DNA from: Planctomycetota bacterium
GTDB taxonomy: Bacteria > Planctomycetota > UBA1135 > UBA2386
Assembly: GCA_965223545.1 (NCBI GenBank)
Contig: OZ245006.1
Coordinates: 4,512,001 to 4,576,000, forward strand
DNA length: 64,000 bases
Direction of reading: 5' to 3'
Shown: piece by piece, positions 12,939-22,862 of the stretch
How the letters are laid out: the number at the start of each line of letters is the position of its first letter
How positions within the stretch are numbered: the first letter of the stretch is position 1
The notes under the pieces: model-generated
Databases searched by the model: none
What the model saw: the letters and a program-made list of their open reading frames with translations, nothing else
Told to the model about the DNA's origin: nothing
Program-made: the position numbers and the translations under genes

Positions 12939-13156
12939 CGCGCTCCGGGGCGGCGCCGGCCGCGTGGTGTCGCAGGGCGCGTTGCCCGGCGCGGCCATCG
13001 CATGGGGGCTCTGGTGCGCGGCCGCGCGCCACGGTGCGCGGGCTTTGATCCTGGCTTCGACCGCCGAGTCGATTCGGTATACTTCGCCGCCCTTTTTCCG
13101 CCGCTGTCGGGCGCGGTTGCAGCCCATCCGTGGCGCGGCCGAGCCCGTGCCGATCC

Positions 13157-13939
13157 ATGCATCCCACCCAGCAACGAGCCTCCGGTGCCACGGCAACTTC
13201 TAGCCGTGGCCCGATCGATGGACCGCTGGCGATCTCGGTCGTGCTCCCGATCTACGCCGAGAAGCGCTCGGTCTCGGAGCTGGTGGACGGCCTGCTGCAG
13301 CTGGTGCGCCCGGATCTGCACGAGATCATCCTGATGGTTGCGCCCGCCGCGCCAGAGGAGACCTTCGCGATCTGCCGGGAGGTCGAGGCCGCCTGCGACA
13401 TCGCCCGGCTGTCGGTGCAGGAGAAGACGCCGGGGCTGGGCTACGCCGTGCGCCAGGGGATCGACGAGGCCCAGGGGGCGACGATCTTGCTGATGGACAG
13501 CGACGGCGAGATGGACGTCAACACGGTGCCCTTGATGGTCGCCGAGATGAAGCGCTCCGGCGCCGACATGGTGGTCGGCAGCCGCTGGGTCAAGGGCGGC
13601 GGCGTCGAGGGCTACGACCGCTTCAAGTACTACCTCAACCGCGGCTATCAGCTGCTGTTCCGCGTGCTGTACCGCACGCGCGTGCGCGACCTGACCCTGG
13701 GCTTCAAGCTGGCCCGCGCCGAGGTGATGAAGCGGCAGCAGTGGGACTCGCAGTTCCACGACATCGGCTGCGAGACGACGATGCGGATCGTCCGCGCCGG
13801 CCACCACGTCACCGAGGTGCCGACGGTGTGGCGCAAGCGCAAGGAAGGCGAGTCCAGCAACCCGTTCCGTCGCAACTTCAAGTACGTCTGGAAGGCACTG
13901 AACATTTTGATTCGACCCAAACCGCCGATCGACCAATGA
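13157..13939 (+). CDS. GT2 glycosyltransferase, Dpm1/polyprenol-phosphate type
   Basis: ISVVLPIY.E, GLG.AVRQG, MDSDG, DMVVGSR, RDLT.GFK, EVPT. Confidence 0.85.
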   Translation: MHPTQQRASGATATSSRGPIDGPLAISVVLPIYAEKRSVSELVDGLLQLVRPDLHEIILMVAPAAPEETFAICREVEAACDIARLSVQEKTPGLGYAVRQGIDEAQGATILLMDSDGEMDVNTVPLMVAEMKRSGADMVVGSRWVKGGGVEGYDRFKYYLNRGYQLLFRVLYRTRVRDLTLGFKLARAEVMKRQQWDSQFHDIGCETTMRIVRAGHHVTEVPTVWRKRKEGESSNPFRRNFKYVWKALNILIRPKPPIDQ

Positions 13940-15069
13940 AGACCGCCCTCGTCACCACGACGATCCACGTCCCCAAGGCCCTCGAGGGCTATCTCGACAA
14001 CTTCGCGAAGAACGGCTTTCGCGACGATGTCTTCGTCGTCGTCATCGGCGACCGGAAGACGCCGGCGGAGACCGAGCCCTACTGTGCCCAGCTGAGTGAG
14101 CGCACTGGCTACGACATCCAATACTGGGGGGTCGAGCGGCAGCAGAAGTGGCTGGCCGATCTGCCGGAGCTGGACGCGTTGTTGCCGTGGAACAGCGTGC
14201 AGCGTCGCAATCTGGCCTACCTGCTGGCCGCGGCCGCGGGCGCCGAGAGCATCATCACGATCGACGACGACAACCACGTCACCGACGACGATTATCTGGG
14301 CGGCCACGCGATCATCGGGGCGACCGAGGAGCTGCCGACGTTGCACTCGCCGACCGGCTGGTTCAACAGCTCCCACCTGTTGGTGACCGATCCGCCCAAG
14401 CCGCTGTATCACCGCGGCTATCCCACCTCCAAGCGCGATCCCAAGGAGACCCTGCAGCCGGGCAGCGCGCGGGGCCGGGTCGTGGTCAACGCCGGATTGT
14501 GGCTGGAAACGGCGGACGCCGACGCGATGTCGCACCTGGACGCGCCGTGTCGGGTAATCGGCTATCGCGATGGGTTCGACGGCCGGACGGCGGTCGCGCC
14601 CGGTGACCACATGGTGTTCAACAGCCAGAACACCGCGTTCCACCGCGACACACTGCCGGCGATGTTCTTGATGCCGATGGGCGGCAAGTGCGGCGACTTG
14701 GTCGTCGGCCGCTACGACGACATCTGGATGGGCATGTTCGTCAAGCGCATCGCCGACCATCTCGGCGACCTGATCACGGTCGGTCGCCCGCTGGTGCAGC
14801 AGCTGCGCAACGACCACGACCTGATCAAGGACGCGCTGGTGGAGATCCCGGCGCAGCGCATCAGCAACACGATGACGGTCACCCTGGATCGCATCTCGCT
14901 GTCGGGAGCCGACTACGGCTCTTGCTATCTCGAGCTGATCGACCAGCTGCGGGCGGGGTTGACGCGCGACGGCTACACCGCCGACGAGCAGGCCTACCTC
15001 AACGGCATGTATGACGGCATGCAGACGTGGGTGCGCGTCTGCGAGGGCTTCACGACGGCGGCGAGCTGA
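13936..15069 (+). CDS. GT75/RGP-like NDP-sugar pyranose mutase or glycosyltransferase
   Basis: TTTI, IGDRKTP, IDDDN, RGYP, NAGLW...D.DA, NTAF, GRYDDIW (plant RGP motif GRYDDMW). Confidence 0.7.
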   Translation: MKTALVTTTIHVPKALEGYLDNFAKNGFRDDVFVVVIGDRKTPAETEPYCAQLSERTGYDIQYWGVERQQKWLADLPELDALLPWNSVQRRNLAYLLAAAAGAESIITIDDDNHVTDDDYLGGHAIIGATEELPTLHSPTGWFNSSHLLVTDPPKPLYHRGYPTSKRDPKETLQPGSARGRVVVNAGLWLETADADAMSHLDAPCRVIGYRDGFDGRTAVAPGDHMVFNSQNTAFHRDTLPAMFLMPMGGKCGDLVVGRYDDIWMGMFVKRIADHLGDLITVGRPLVQQLRNDHDLIKDALVEIPAQRISNTMTVTLDRISLSGADYGSCYLELIDQLRAGLTRDGYTADEQAYLNGMYDGMQTWVRVCEGFTTAAS

Positions 15070-15071
15070 GC

Positions 15072-16010
15072 ATGGGACAGAAGATCTTCATTACCGGGGG
15101 CGCCGGCTACCTCGGCAGCGTGATGATCGGCGAGCTGCTGCGCGCCGGGCACACGGTCACCGTCCTCGACAATCTGTGCTATGGGCAGCACACGCTGTTC
15201 CACTACTGCGCCGATCCCAACTTCGAGTTCGTGCGCGGCGACGCGCGCGACGAGGAGACGGTCAAGGGCTTGGTGCGCGATGCCGACGTGCTGATCCCGT
15301 TGGCGGCCCTGGTCGGCGCGCCGGGCTGCAAGCTCGACCCGTGGACCGCGACGTCGGTCAACCGCGACGCGATCGTGATGCTCAACCGCGTGCGCAGCAA
15401 GCAGCAGCTGGTGATCTACCCGACGACCAACTCCGGCTACGGCACGACCACCGGCGACGTCTACTGCACCGAGGAGACCCCGCTCGAGCCGATCTCGCTG
15501 TACGGCCAGACCAAGGTCGACGCCGAGAACGAGCTGCTGGCCTCCGAGAACGTCATCACCTTGCGCCTGGCCACGGTGTTCGGCATGTCGCCGCGCATGC
15601 GCCTGGACCTCCTCGTCAACCACTTCACCTACGCGGCGGTCACCGACCGCTACATCGTGATCTTCGAGAAGGACTTCAAGCGCAACTACATCCACGTCCG
15701 CGACGTCGCCGACGCCTTCGTCCACTGCATCGCCAACGCCCCCTCCATGGTCGGCAGGCCCTACAACGCCGGCCTCGACGAGGCCAACCTGAGCAAGGAA
15801 GAGCTCGCGCTCAAGATCAAGGGCTACGTGCCCGAGTTCTACATCCACTTCGGCGAGATCGGCTCCGACCCCGACAAGCGCAACTACATCGTCTCCAACG
15901 CGCGCCTGGCCGAGGCCGGCTTCACCGCGCAGCGCACGCTCGACTTCGGCATCGAGGAGCTGCTCAAGGGCTACCGGATGCTGGGGCGCGGGATGTTCAA
16001 GAACGTGTGA
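15072..16010 (+). CDS. NAD-dependent nucleotide-sugar dehydrogenase/epimerase, Cj1427 (GDP-heptose 4-dehydrogenase)-like
   Basis: TGGAGYLG, IPLAALVGAP, TNSGYG, YxxxK, RLATVFG.SPRMRLDLLVN, RNYIHVRD, DPDKR. Confidence 0.8.
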   Translation: MGQKIFITGGAGYLGSVMIGELLRAGHTVTVLDNLCYGQHTLFHYCADPNFEFVRGDARDEETVKGLVRDADVLIPLAALVGAPGCKLDPWTATSVNRDAIVMLNRVRSKQQLVIYPTTNSGYGTTTGDVYCTEETPLEPISLYGQTKVDAENELLASENVITLRLATVFGMSPRMRLDLLVNHFTYAAVTDRYIVIFEKDFKRNYIHVRDVADAFVHCIANAPSMVGRPYNAGLDEANLSKEELALKIKGYVPEFYIHFGEIGSDPDKRNYIVSNARLAEAGFTAQRTLDFGIEELLKGYRMLGRGMFKNV

Positions 16011-16041
16011 CCGGCCCCGTGCCGGCGCCTCGAACGCGTGT

Positions 16042-16110
16042 GCTGCGCGACGATGTGGTCGACGACGCACGCGGAGTCATCGCCGACGATCACCATGCCG
16101 GCAAGGTTCG
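16042..16110. repeat. Degenerate copy of the 3' end of the 16385 gene (16388-16456)
   Basis: ctgcgcgacgatgtggtcgacgacgcacgcggagtcatcgccgacgatcaccatgccggcaaggttcg versus ctgcgcgacgatgtcgtcgacgacgaacgcggagtcgtcgccgatgatcacgatgccggccaggttcg. Confidence 0.75.
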
Positions 16111-16384
16111 CGCGTGTTCTCGGCCGCACGGTTCGGTCTCGCGCTACCTGATCTCCACGAGTCGTTCCCCGTTCTCGAGCAGCTCCTTGACGCGCGGGAA
16201 GCCCCGGGTCATGAGGTCTTGGAGGCTGTGAGTCTCGATTGCGTTCGTGTCCGCCATCCCGGTTGCGGTGGTTGGCGGTAGCTGTGCGTCGATCCAGAGG
16301 TTCGAGCCACGATCACCGGATGGTGCTGAATGGGCCCGGGCGGGCATGCATGTCCGCAAGCGCGCCAGCGGCGCCGGATGCGTC

Positions 16385-16999
16385 CTACTGCGCGACGATG
16401 TCGTCGACGACGAACGCGGAGTCGTCGCCGATGATCACGATGCCGGCCAGGTTCGAGCCCGTCACGGTGTAGGCCTGCCAGGTGCGCTGGACTGTGACGA
16501 ACATGGCATCTTGAACTCCGCCGGGGCCGAAACCGACGATCGCGAGCGGGGTGCCCGGTTCGTATCCGGTGGCAATATGCGCGGTGACCTGCGTGTGGCC
16601 GGCGCCAAAGGTGACGATGTGGGGCGGTACGGCAATGCCGTGCGGCGGCAGGTAGGACACCGCCCGGTTGAACGCCAGGAAGTTGACGCCAGAGCGCGCG
16701 TCGACGCCGAACCGACTGTTCTCATGAAGGACGGCCCCGCCGTTGCCGTTGAGCCCGCCAAAGACCGCGCCTTCGAACGGTCCGCTCAGGGGAGCGGTCG
16801 CGAGGAAACCGCTCGGCGCGGTGATGCTCTCGAAGTCGATGGTGGTCGGCGAGGCGTTCGGGCGTGGACCTTGCGACAGATCGATGAGGTGTTCGACCGT
16901 CTCGGCGGTCAGCATCTCGGCGACGCGGGCGCGTAGCTCGAGATGCCGCGCGTCGGGGAGAGTCGCGGTGAGGGCAGTGACCGCACCGAGGGCGAGGGC
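16385..16999 (-). pseudogene. Secreted beta-sandwich-like protein, 5'-truncated by the oriIS copy
   Basis: The frame stays open upstream of ATG 16915 as ALALGAVTALTATLP (signal-like) up to the repeat at 16998; no in-frame start at the junction. Confidence 0.55.
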
Positions 17000-17194
17000 G
17001 GGATAGGCATTTCAAAGTGCCTCCGGCCTTCGCAAGAGGCCATCGGCGAACCGCCCCATGGTATCCGAACCGCTCGGCAGGTGCGGTGAGGCGTCCCCGA
17101 CGAGGTGAAACGCCCGAGTTTCCGGGGTGCGCGCAGACCCCATGCGCGCGGCGACCCGATCATGGCATGCAACCCGTTCACTCGAACGGCAGCG
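16998..17194 (-). repeat. Orphan IS91/ISCR oriIS end, direct repeat of 35696-35891
   Basis: Near-identical (one indel); the minus strand ends CACTTTGAAATGCCTATCCC, resembling ISCR oriIS; includes the last transposase codons (LPFE*). Confidence 0.85.
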
Positions 17195-17210
17195 AAGATA
17201 CGCCGCCGCC

Positions 17211-17990
17211 TCACGTCGTCTTCATGATGAAGACGACGGTGTAGAAAGGTGGCAGGTTTACGCCCCCGTGGTCATGCTCTCCATCCACCGCGATGGTATG
17301 GCTATGCGTGTGCGTGTGGTGCCCATCGTCACCGTTCTTCTTTGGCTCACCGCTCGAAGCAGTTTCCCCGGTTCGGCCGCCATGGCTATGCCCGCCATCA
17401 CGAGGGATATCCTCCTGACCACCTTCAACTTGCGACTGGTCTATGTATTGCACGCCGCGTAAGAACCGGCTGTTCAGGTTTGGTGTGCCGTTCTTGCCAT
17501 CACAAATCACCCACTCCTTTGGTGGCTCAGGCTGGGTGGGTGTCGGGACCCAGGCAAGAATTGTCCCGACGGGAACTGAGCGGGCGAGTGCATTCCCTGA
17601 CGCCGTCACGGCGTTGTTGGCGAGTCTCTTTGCGTCGCCGGCATTGTCCACGGCCTCGTCGACGCGGCCGGATAACACCTTGCTCGCATCATCCGCCTGA
17701 GCTGCTTTGCTCTCGGCACGTGTAGCGACGAGTTCTGCGGTTGCGGACTTTTCCTCTGCCTTATCGGCGTCTTCTCGAGCCAGCACTGCGAGAGCAGACG
17801 CTCTCTCGGCTTTCTCCCTAGCTTGGCCAACAAGCCCGTAAAGACCGCTTTGTGCGCTGGGATCCCCAACGTCCTTCCTCAAGCTCGAAACGTCGTAGGC
17901 TCCCCGGGTGAAGAAGGCGGTTCCCGCGATGGCTGCCGAGATGAGCGAGAGAGCGAGTGCCGCGAGGGCAATTTTATCACCGTTTTCCAT
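17211..17990 (-). CDS. Membrane-anchored coiled-coil protein with a phage tail-collar/fibre-like C-terminus
   Basis: N-terminal TM helix; Ala-rich coil; VPVGTILAW...WVICDG.NGTPNL..RFLRG, HSH/HTH, NLPPFYTVVFIMK. Confidence 0.7.
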   Translation of the reverse strand: MENGDKIALAALALSLISAAIAGTAFFTRGAYDVSSLRKDVGDPSAQSGLYGLVGQAREKAERASALAVLAREDADKAEEKSATAELVATRAESKAAQADDASKVLSGRVDEAVDNAGDAKRLANNAVTASGNALARSVPVGTILAWVPTPTQPEPPKEWVICDGKNGTPNLNSRFLRGVQYIDQSQVEGGQEDIPRDGGHSHGGRTGETASSGEPKKNGDDGHHTHTHSHTIAVDGEHDHGGVNLPPFYTVVFIMKTT

Positions 17991-18262
17991 TCTTGTTTCC
18001 TCAACGAGTCCCAAGCATCTCCTCCACGCTGCGATATTCCAGACGTTGGGGCAGCGCAGCCACAACTCGACCGCATGGTCTACCCTCCCGGCCCTCTCGA
18101 GATGCCCCGATGCCGCAGGAGCCACGTCTCGCCCATCTTCTTGCCTGACGGACCAGCCCTTGATGAGACTCATCTGACCCTCGTTGAGGTTCCCACACGG
18201 TTCCCACACTAGGTTCGCGAGCAGGTGCTCAACAGCGAGTAACGGTCGCTAGCAGTCCGTTG

Positions 18263-20177
18263 GTGCGCCGGGAGACCGGCGGAGTGTAGCGAATGAAAGA
18301 GTCGTACGATGAAGGTTGGCGAGCCACGTCGACCCCGAGTCATGCGCCGTCACCCGCGAGGGTGGAGGTGAAGCGTTGACAGGGGCACACGCAGGCCAGG
18401 CTATTGAGCCGCGAAAACTGCTACTTCGGGATGCCGACGCAGTCAACGGATGCGGAAGGCAACACCAGCGCCAGCGAGATCGCCTGCTGGCGCAGGATCC
18501 CGCGCGGGCTGAGAACCAGGGCATGCGTGGAAGCACTCCGCACGGGAACCGGGAGATCTCAGACTTGCCCCGAGGGGAGGGCCCTCGGGGACGCATCGGG
18601 AAGTCTCAGGACGCAATCCGGTGACGCACGAGCCTGAGAAGTCGGACAGCTTCGTAGTACCGGAGAAGCAGCCGAACAAAGCTGGGCAACCGGCGGCGGA
18701 GGCCGTGGAGGAAAGGAAGCTGGCCAAGGGAAACTCGCGAGAGCAAAACGCGCCCCGGACTCAGCGCCGGATCAGCGCGCACAGCGCGCTCGAGCGGGTA
18801 CGTGAAGCAGCAAGGAGGAACAGGAAACAGCAGTTCACTGCGCTCCTACACCACGTCTACGACGTCGATCGTCTTCGGGTTGCGTATCACGCCATCCGGC
18901 GCGATGCAGCCCCCGGCGTCGACGGCGTGACATGGGCGGCCTACGGGGAGCACCTGGAGGATCGTCTCCAGGGCCTCGCGGCTCGCCTTCGGCGCGGAGC
19001 GTATCGAGCGAAGCCGGTGCAGAGGGCCTACGTGCCAAAGGTGGACGGGCGACAGCGTCCCATCGGTCTACCGACGCTGGAGGACAAGATCGTCCAGCGC
19101 GCGGTGGTCGAGGTCCTGAACGCCATCTACGAGACCGACTTCCTCGACTTCAGCTACGGCTTCCGTCCGAAGCGCAGCCCGCACATGGCGCTGGACGCAC
19201 TGACGACGGGAATCATGACACGGAAGGTGAACTGGGTGCTCGATGCCGACATCCGTGGCTTCTTCGATGCCCTCGACCACGGCTGGCTGGTGAAGTTTCT
19301 CGAGCACCACATCGGTGACCGGCGAGTGATTCGACTCATCCAAGAGTGGCTGCACGCCGGAGTCCTGGAGGGCGGGCGCCGAGTGCGTAGCGACAAGGGC
19401 ACGGTCCAGGGCGGGAGTATCAGTCCGCTGTTGGCCAACGTGTTCCTGCACTACGTGTTCGACCTGTGGATCCAACAGTGGCGCCAGACGCGGGCGCGCG
19501 GCGACGTCGTCGTCGTGCGCTTCGCCGATGACTTCGCTGTGGGCTTCGAGCACCGCGAGGAAGCGGAGGCGTTCCACAAGGAGCTGGCGGAGCGCTTCGC
19601 CAGCTTCGGTCTGGAACTGCATCCCGAGAAGACCCGGTTGCTCCGGTTCGGGCGCCACGCGCGCAAGGACGAGAGCGACGACGGTCGCACCGGGCCCCCC
19701 GCGACCTTCAAGTTCCTGGGATTCACGCACATCTGCGGGAAGACCAGGGCCGGCCGATTCACGGTCTACCGCCGAACGGCCACCAAGACACTCCAGCTGA
19801 AGTTGCGGGGGATCCGTGAGGCGCTCCGGCGCCGGAGGCATCTCCCCATCCCCGAGCAAGGGCGCTACCTGCGCTCCGTCGTGCTCGGGCATGTCCGCTA
19901 CTTCGGCGTGCCGATGAACAGCGGGGCGATCACTCGCTTCCGCCACATCGTCATACAGCTGTGGAAACGCAGCCTGGAGCGTCGCAGCCAACGGGGTCGC
20001 ATCCTCTGGGATCGCATGACGCGGCTCGCCGCAGCATGGCTCCCTCCGGCCCGAGTCTGTCATCCCTACCCTCTCGTGCGGCTTGGCGTCATCACCCGAG
20101 GCAGGAGCCCAGTGCGGTAGTCCCGCACGCTGGGATCTGAACGGGGGGCGTCGGGCAACCGGCGTCCCTACCGTGAC
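18263..20177 (+). mobile_element. Group II intron (IIB-like)
   Basis: 5' GTGCG; domain V GAGCCCAGTGCGGTAGTCCCGCACGCTGGGATCTG; domain VI ending ...CCCTACCGTGAC; removing it restores the IS IR and the transposase end. Confidence 0.92.
18621..20120 (+). CDS. ltrA: Group II intron reverse transcriptase/maturase (no HNH domain)
   Basis: APGVDG, RPIGLPT.EDKIVQ, SYGFRP, DADI.GFFD, QGG.ISPLLAN, RFADD, FKFLGF. Confidence 0.95.
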   Translation: MTHEPEKSDSFVVPEKQPNKAGQPAAEAVEERKLAKGNSREQNAPRTQRRISAHSALERVREAARRNRKQQFTALLHHVYDVDRLRVAYHAIRRDAAPGVDGVTWAAYGEHLEDRLQGLAARLRRGAYRAKPVQRAYVPKVDGRQRPIGLPTLEDKIVQRAVVEVLNAIYETDFLDFSYGFRPKRSPHMALDALTTGIMTRKVNWVLDADIRGFFDALDHGWLVKFLEHHIGDRRVIRLIQEWLHAGVLEGGRRVRSDKGTVQGGSISPLLANVFLHYVFDLWIQQWRQTRARGDVVVVRFADDFAVGFEHREEAEAFHKELAERFASFGLELHPEKTRLLRFGRHARKDESDDGRTGPPATFKFLGFTHICGKTRAGRFTVYRRTATKTLQLKLRGIREALRRRRHLPIPEQGRYLRSVVLGHVRYFGVPMNSGAITRFRHIVIQLWKRSLERRSQRGRILWDRMTRLAAAWLPPARVCHPYPLVRLGVITRGRSPVR

Positions 20178-21558
20178 AACAAAGGGTGATCCGAGCGCGC
20201 GGGAAGAACCGGATGTCCATCGGCCTCGAGTCGCCGATCCGCCGAATCCGCCCGACGATTTGAACGACCCAGGAGTCGATTCGAGTTCGGATAGAAGCGC
20301 GGGTCTCGAGACAGGCCAGTAGAAGGCCGCGGAGCCCGCTCTGGATTGCCCTCGGTGTCCCGATCCCGAACAAGCTCCGCATGATCGTCCCGAGGTTGCG
20401 TGCTGCGGCGTGAATCACGTACCGCTTTTTGATGTCGTCGATCCCTCGCAGCCACGTTCGTCGCGCTGCTCCTGACTCGCAGGTGTGAGCAAAGCTGCGT
20501 TCGACCCGCTCGCTCCGGTGTCGTTGGAGCGTCCTTGATCGTGGGCCTGCGACTCGTCGTCGGTTGGCTCGATACGCCTTCTGCCACGACGCGGGCTTGT
20601 CGATCCACTTGCGCTTCCGTTGTAGTCGCGGCTGCGGGATGTAGGTGCGTATGCCGCGCTCGCCCAGCCAGGCGAGTGTCTCGGTCTTGTGGTAGCCCTT
20701 GTCGGCGACGACCTCTTCGTACGAATTGTTGTGCTCGGCGCCAACGAGCATGGCCTCGGCTTCCACAATCGCGTCCTTCAGCGCCTCGCTGTCAGCGGTG
20801 TCGGCATGATGGATCGTCGCGGCGACGAGGATCTCGGACTCGGTGTCGAGCGCGTGCTGCGCTTTGTACGCGAGGTGCGTCCGTCCGTCCTTCATCTTCG
20901 TGATCCGGCTGTCGGGGTCGGTCGGCGACTCCCAATCTTTGTTCGAGACCTTCTTCCCGCGGCGTTTGCGATCGAATCGCCGTAGGTCCTCCTCCGTGGG
21001 GTCTTCGATGCCCTCTCCCTTTGCGAGCTCACGCACGTAGTCGCTCCAGCCCTTGCCGGTGTCCTTGCGGACGATCGACTTCATCGCGGCGTTGGCTTCC
21101 AGCGTGGTCGTGTCCACGGCCAGCGCCTTGCCCCTCACCATGCCCTTGGACTTCGCGATCTTGACGACCAAGGCGAACACCTCTTCGTGAACCTCCACCG
21201 GCAACCGCTTGCGGATCACGGTCAGACTGGAGTGATCAGGTGTGCGCTCAGTCGGTAGCAACCCAAGGAAGTCCTGCAGCGAGCGGCTGTCGCTGCAGCG
21301 CCAGGCAATCCCGCGCTGCGACCCAACTCCCTCGAAGTACCCGACCAGAAGCATCCGGAAGTAGACGCCTGGCGGAATCGACGGGCGGCCGCCTTCCTTG
21401 TAATACGGCTCGCACAGCGACTCGACGTGGTGGTCGAACTCCGCCCCGGCGAGAAGCTCGTTGAGCTTCGAGTAAAACGGATGGCCCGGGGACCGAGGAA
21501 GGCTCGTAGTCGGGACCAAGAGCTCTTGCTGCTTTGCGCGTCGCTTGCCGAGTGCCAT
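20178..21558 (-). CDS. IS1182-family DDE transposase; its last codons (STDC*) are displaced to 18249-18262
   Basis: GRPSIPP, PDHSSL, VDTT..EANA, TDPDS, AYKAQHA.D, ADKGY, VERSFA. Confidence 0.88.
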
Positions 21559-21763
21559 GGGGATCCGTCTCCAGTGATCGAGACATGATCCCTACGTACG
21601 TCGAGCACATCACGACAGGTCGATCTCGATGTTCTTCAACGGCCTGCTAGACACCCAAGTCGCCCTGAACCAAGGGGCCTGACTTGACGCGCAGGGCTGT
21701 CCCGGCTCTGCTGCTGGCTCACCTGACCCTGTGGCTGATCAACCAGGGCAGTGCCCCCTATTC

Positions 21764-22177
21764 ATGGCAACCAAGAAAGGCAAGCAGGCCTACGACTTCG
21801 TCGTTGCGGCTCTGAAGAGAAACAACAAGGTAGAGTTCGCTACTGTTCGCGATGCGGCAGCGAGAAAGGGCATCACCCTCTACCCCATCGTCTACGGCCG
21901 AGCGAAGGCGGCGCTTGGGCTTGTGCCATCCAGGAAACGAGGCGAGGCCAAGGCGGCTCGTGAAAAGGCCGCAGCGAGCAGCCACCGGGGGCCGGGTCGT
22001 CCGAGGAAGACTCAGGCGAGACGTGGTCCGGGACGGCCGCCGAAGAGTCGTTCAACGGGCACGCCGCTCGATGCCGTCCGAGAACTCGCCCAAACCATGC
22101 AGGAGACGGGCCGAGAGAACACACAGCTTCGAGCTACCCTCGAGAAGATTCGGGACCTCATCGACCGAGCGCTCTGA
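21764..22177 (+). CDS. Small basic putative DNA-binding protein with AT-hook-like repeats
   Basis: K/R-rich; RGPGRPRK and RGPGRPPK; C-terminal coiled coil. Confidence 0.65.
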   Translation: MATKKGKQAYDFVVAALKRNNKVEFATVRDAAARKGITLYPIVYGRAKAALGLVPSRKRGEAKAAREKAAASSHRGPGRPRKTQARRGPGRPPKSRSTGTPLDAVRELAQTMQETGRENTQLRATLEKIRDLIDRAL

Positions 22178-22862
22178 GGGTCACGCTTATCTCTCGCAGA
22201 GCTGCATTAGACCTCCGGGCAGCACTGCTCCAACAAGGCGTTCACCGCAGGCTAGTCGTGAGCACATCGGTCACGATGCGACTTCGCCTCTCGCGCTCGG
22301 GTAGGAGGTCGAAGGCGGAACGTCGGCGGCAATGCGCCGAGCGCTCCGTCCGGTAGCAGCCAGGCGCGAAAGTCGCGAGGACGTTCACCGCACACAGCCA
22401 GCATTCCAAGTTGGCTAGCCCAGAGCTGACACTGAGTGCGCCCGTCAAACCGTTGGAGGTCCGCCGCCCCAGAGTCTCCGCAGCTTGTCCGGGTTTGTCT
22501 CGGCCGTTCCCTTGTCGGTGAAGTCGCTGACTTGTCCGGGTGACTCGAACGACCGCTGTGGCGCTCGGCTTACAGAGCGCCTGGCGGAACCGCCCGGTCG
22601 GGAAGCGCTGGGAGGAGAATCGCCTCGTGTGCAGCGGAAGATGTAGTCTGCTGCCTGGCGGAACAACGCCGCCGCTTTGAAGTAGGTCTCGCCTCGATCT
22701 CCGGCGTCCCTTGCTCTGTAGGCGCGGTTGCTGTTCTCACGGGCAACCGCCATCTGGTCAGGAGTCAACTTCTTCCATTCGAACTGCGCTTCCTTATACA
22801 AGCGCTCCGCATCGGTAAGCGTCCGGTGAAGGCATCTCGAAAGCCGCTGGCGGATCGGCAGG

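Larger units (their letters stand above)
18253..21646 (-). mobile_element. IS1182-family insertion sequence interrupted by a group II intron
   Basis: CTAG duplication at 18249-18252 and 21647-21650; IRs CAGTCCGTTG|AACAAA (split by the intron) and CAGGCCGTTGAAGAAC. Confidence 0.85.

Noticed and set aside
16042..16456. Near-repeat pair as a DGR TR/VR
   Set aside because: Mismatches are not confined to adenines on either strand; it looks like a decayed duplicate
18621..20120. RT as part of a DGR, retron or CRISPR-RT, with the FGE-domain genes as DGR targets
   Set aside because: The RT lies within clear group II intron boundaries; I saw no TR/VR pair with adenine-specific mismatches for either FGE gene
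20092..20177. Transposase C-terminus as given in the ORF track
   Set aside because: It is read-through into the antisense intron; the native end is at 18249-18262
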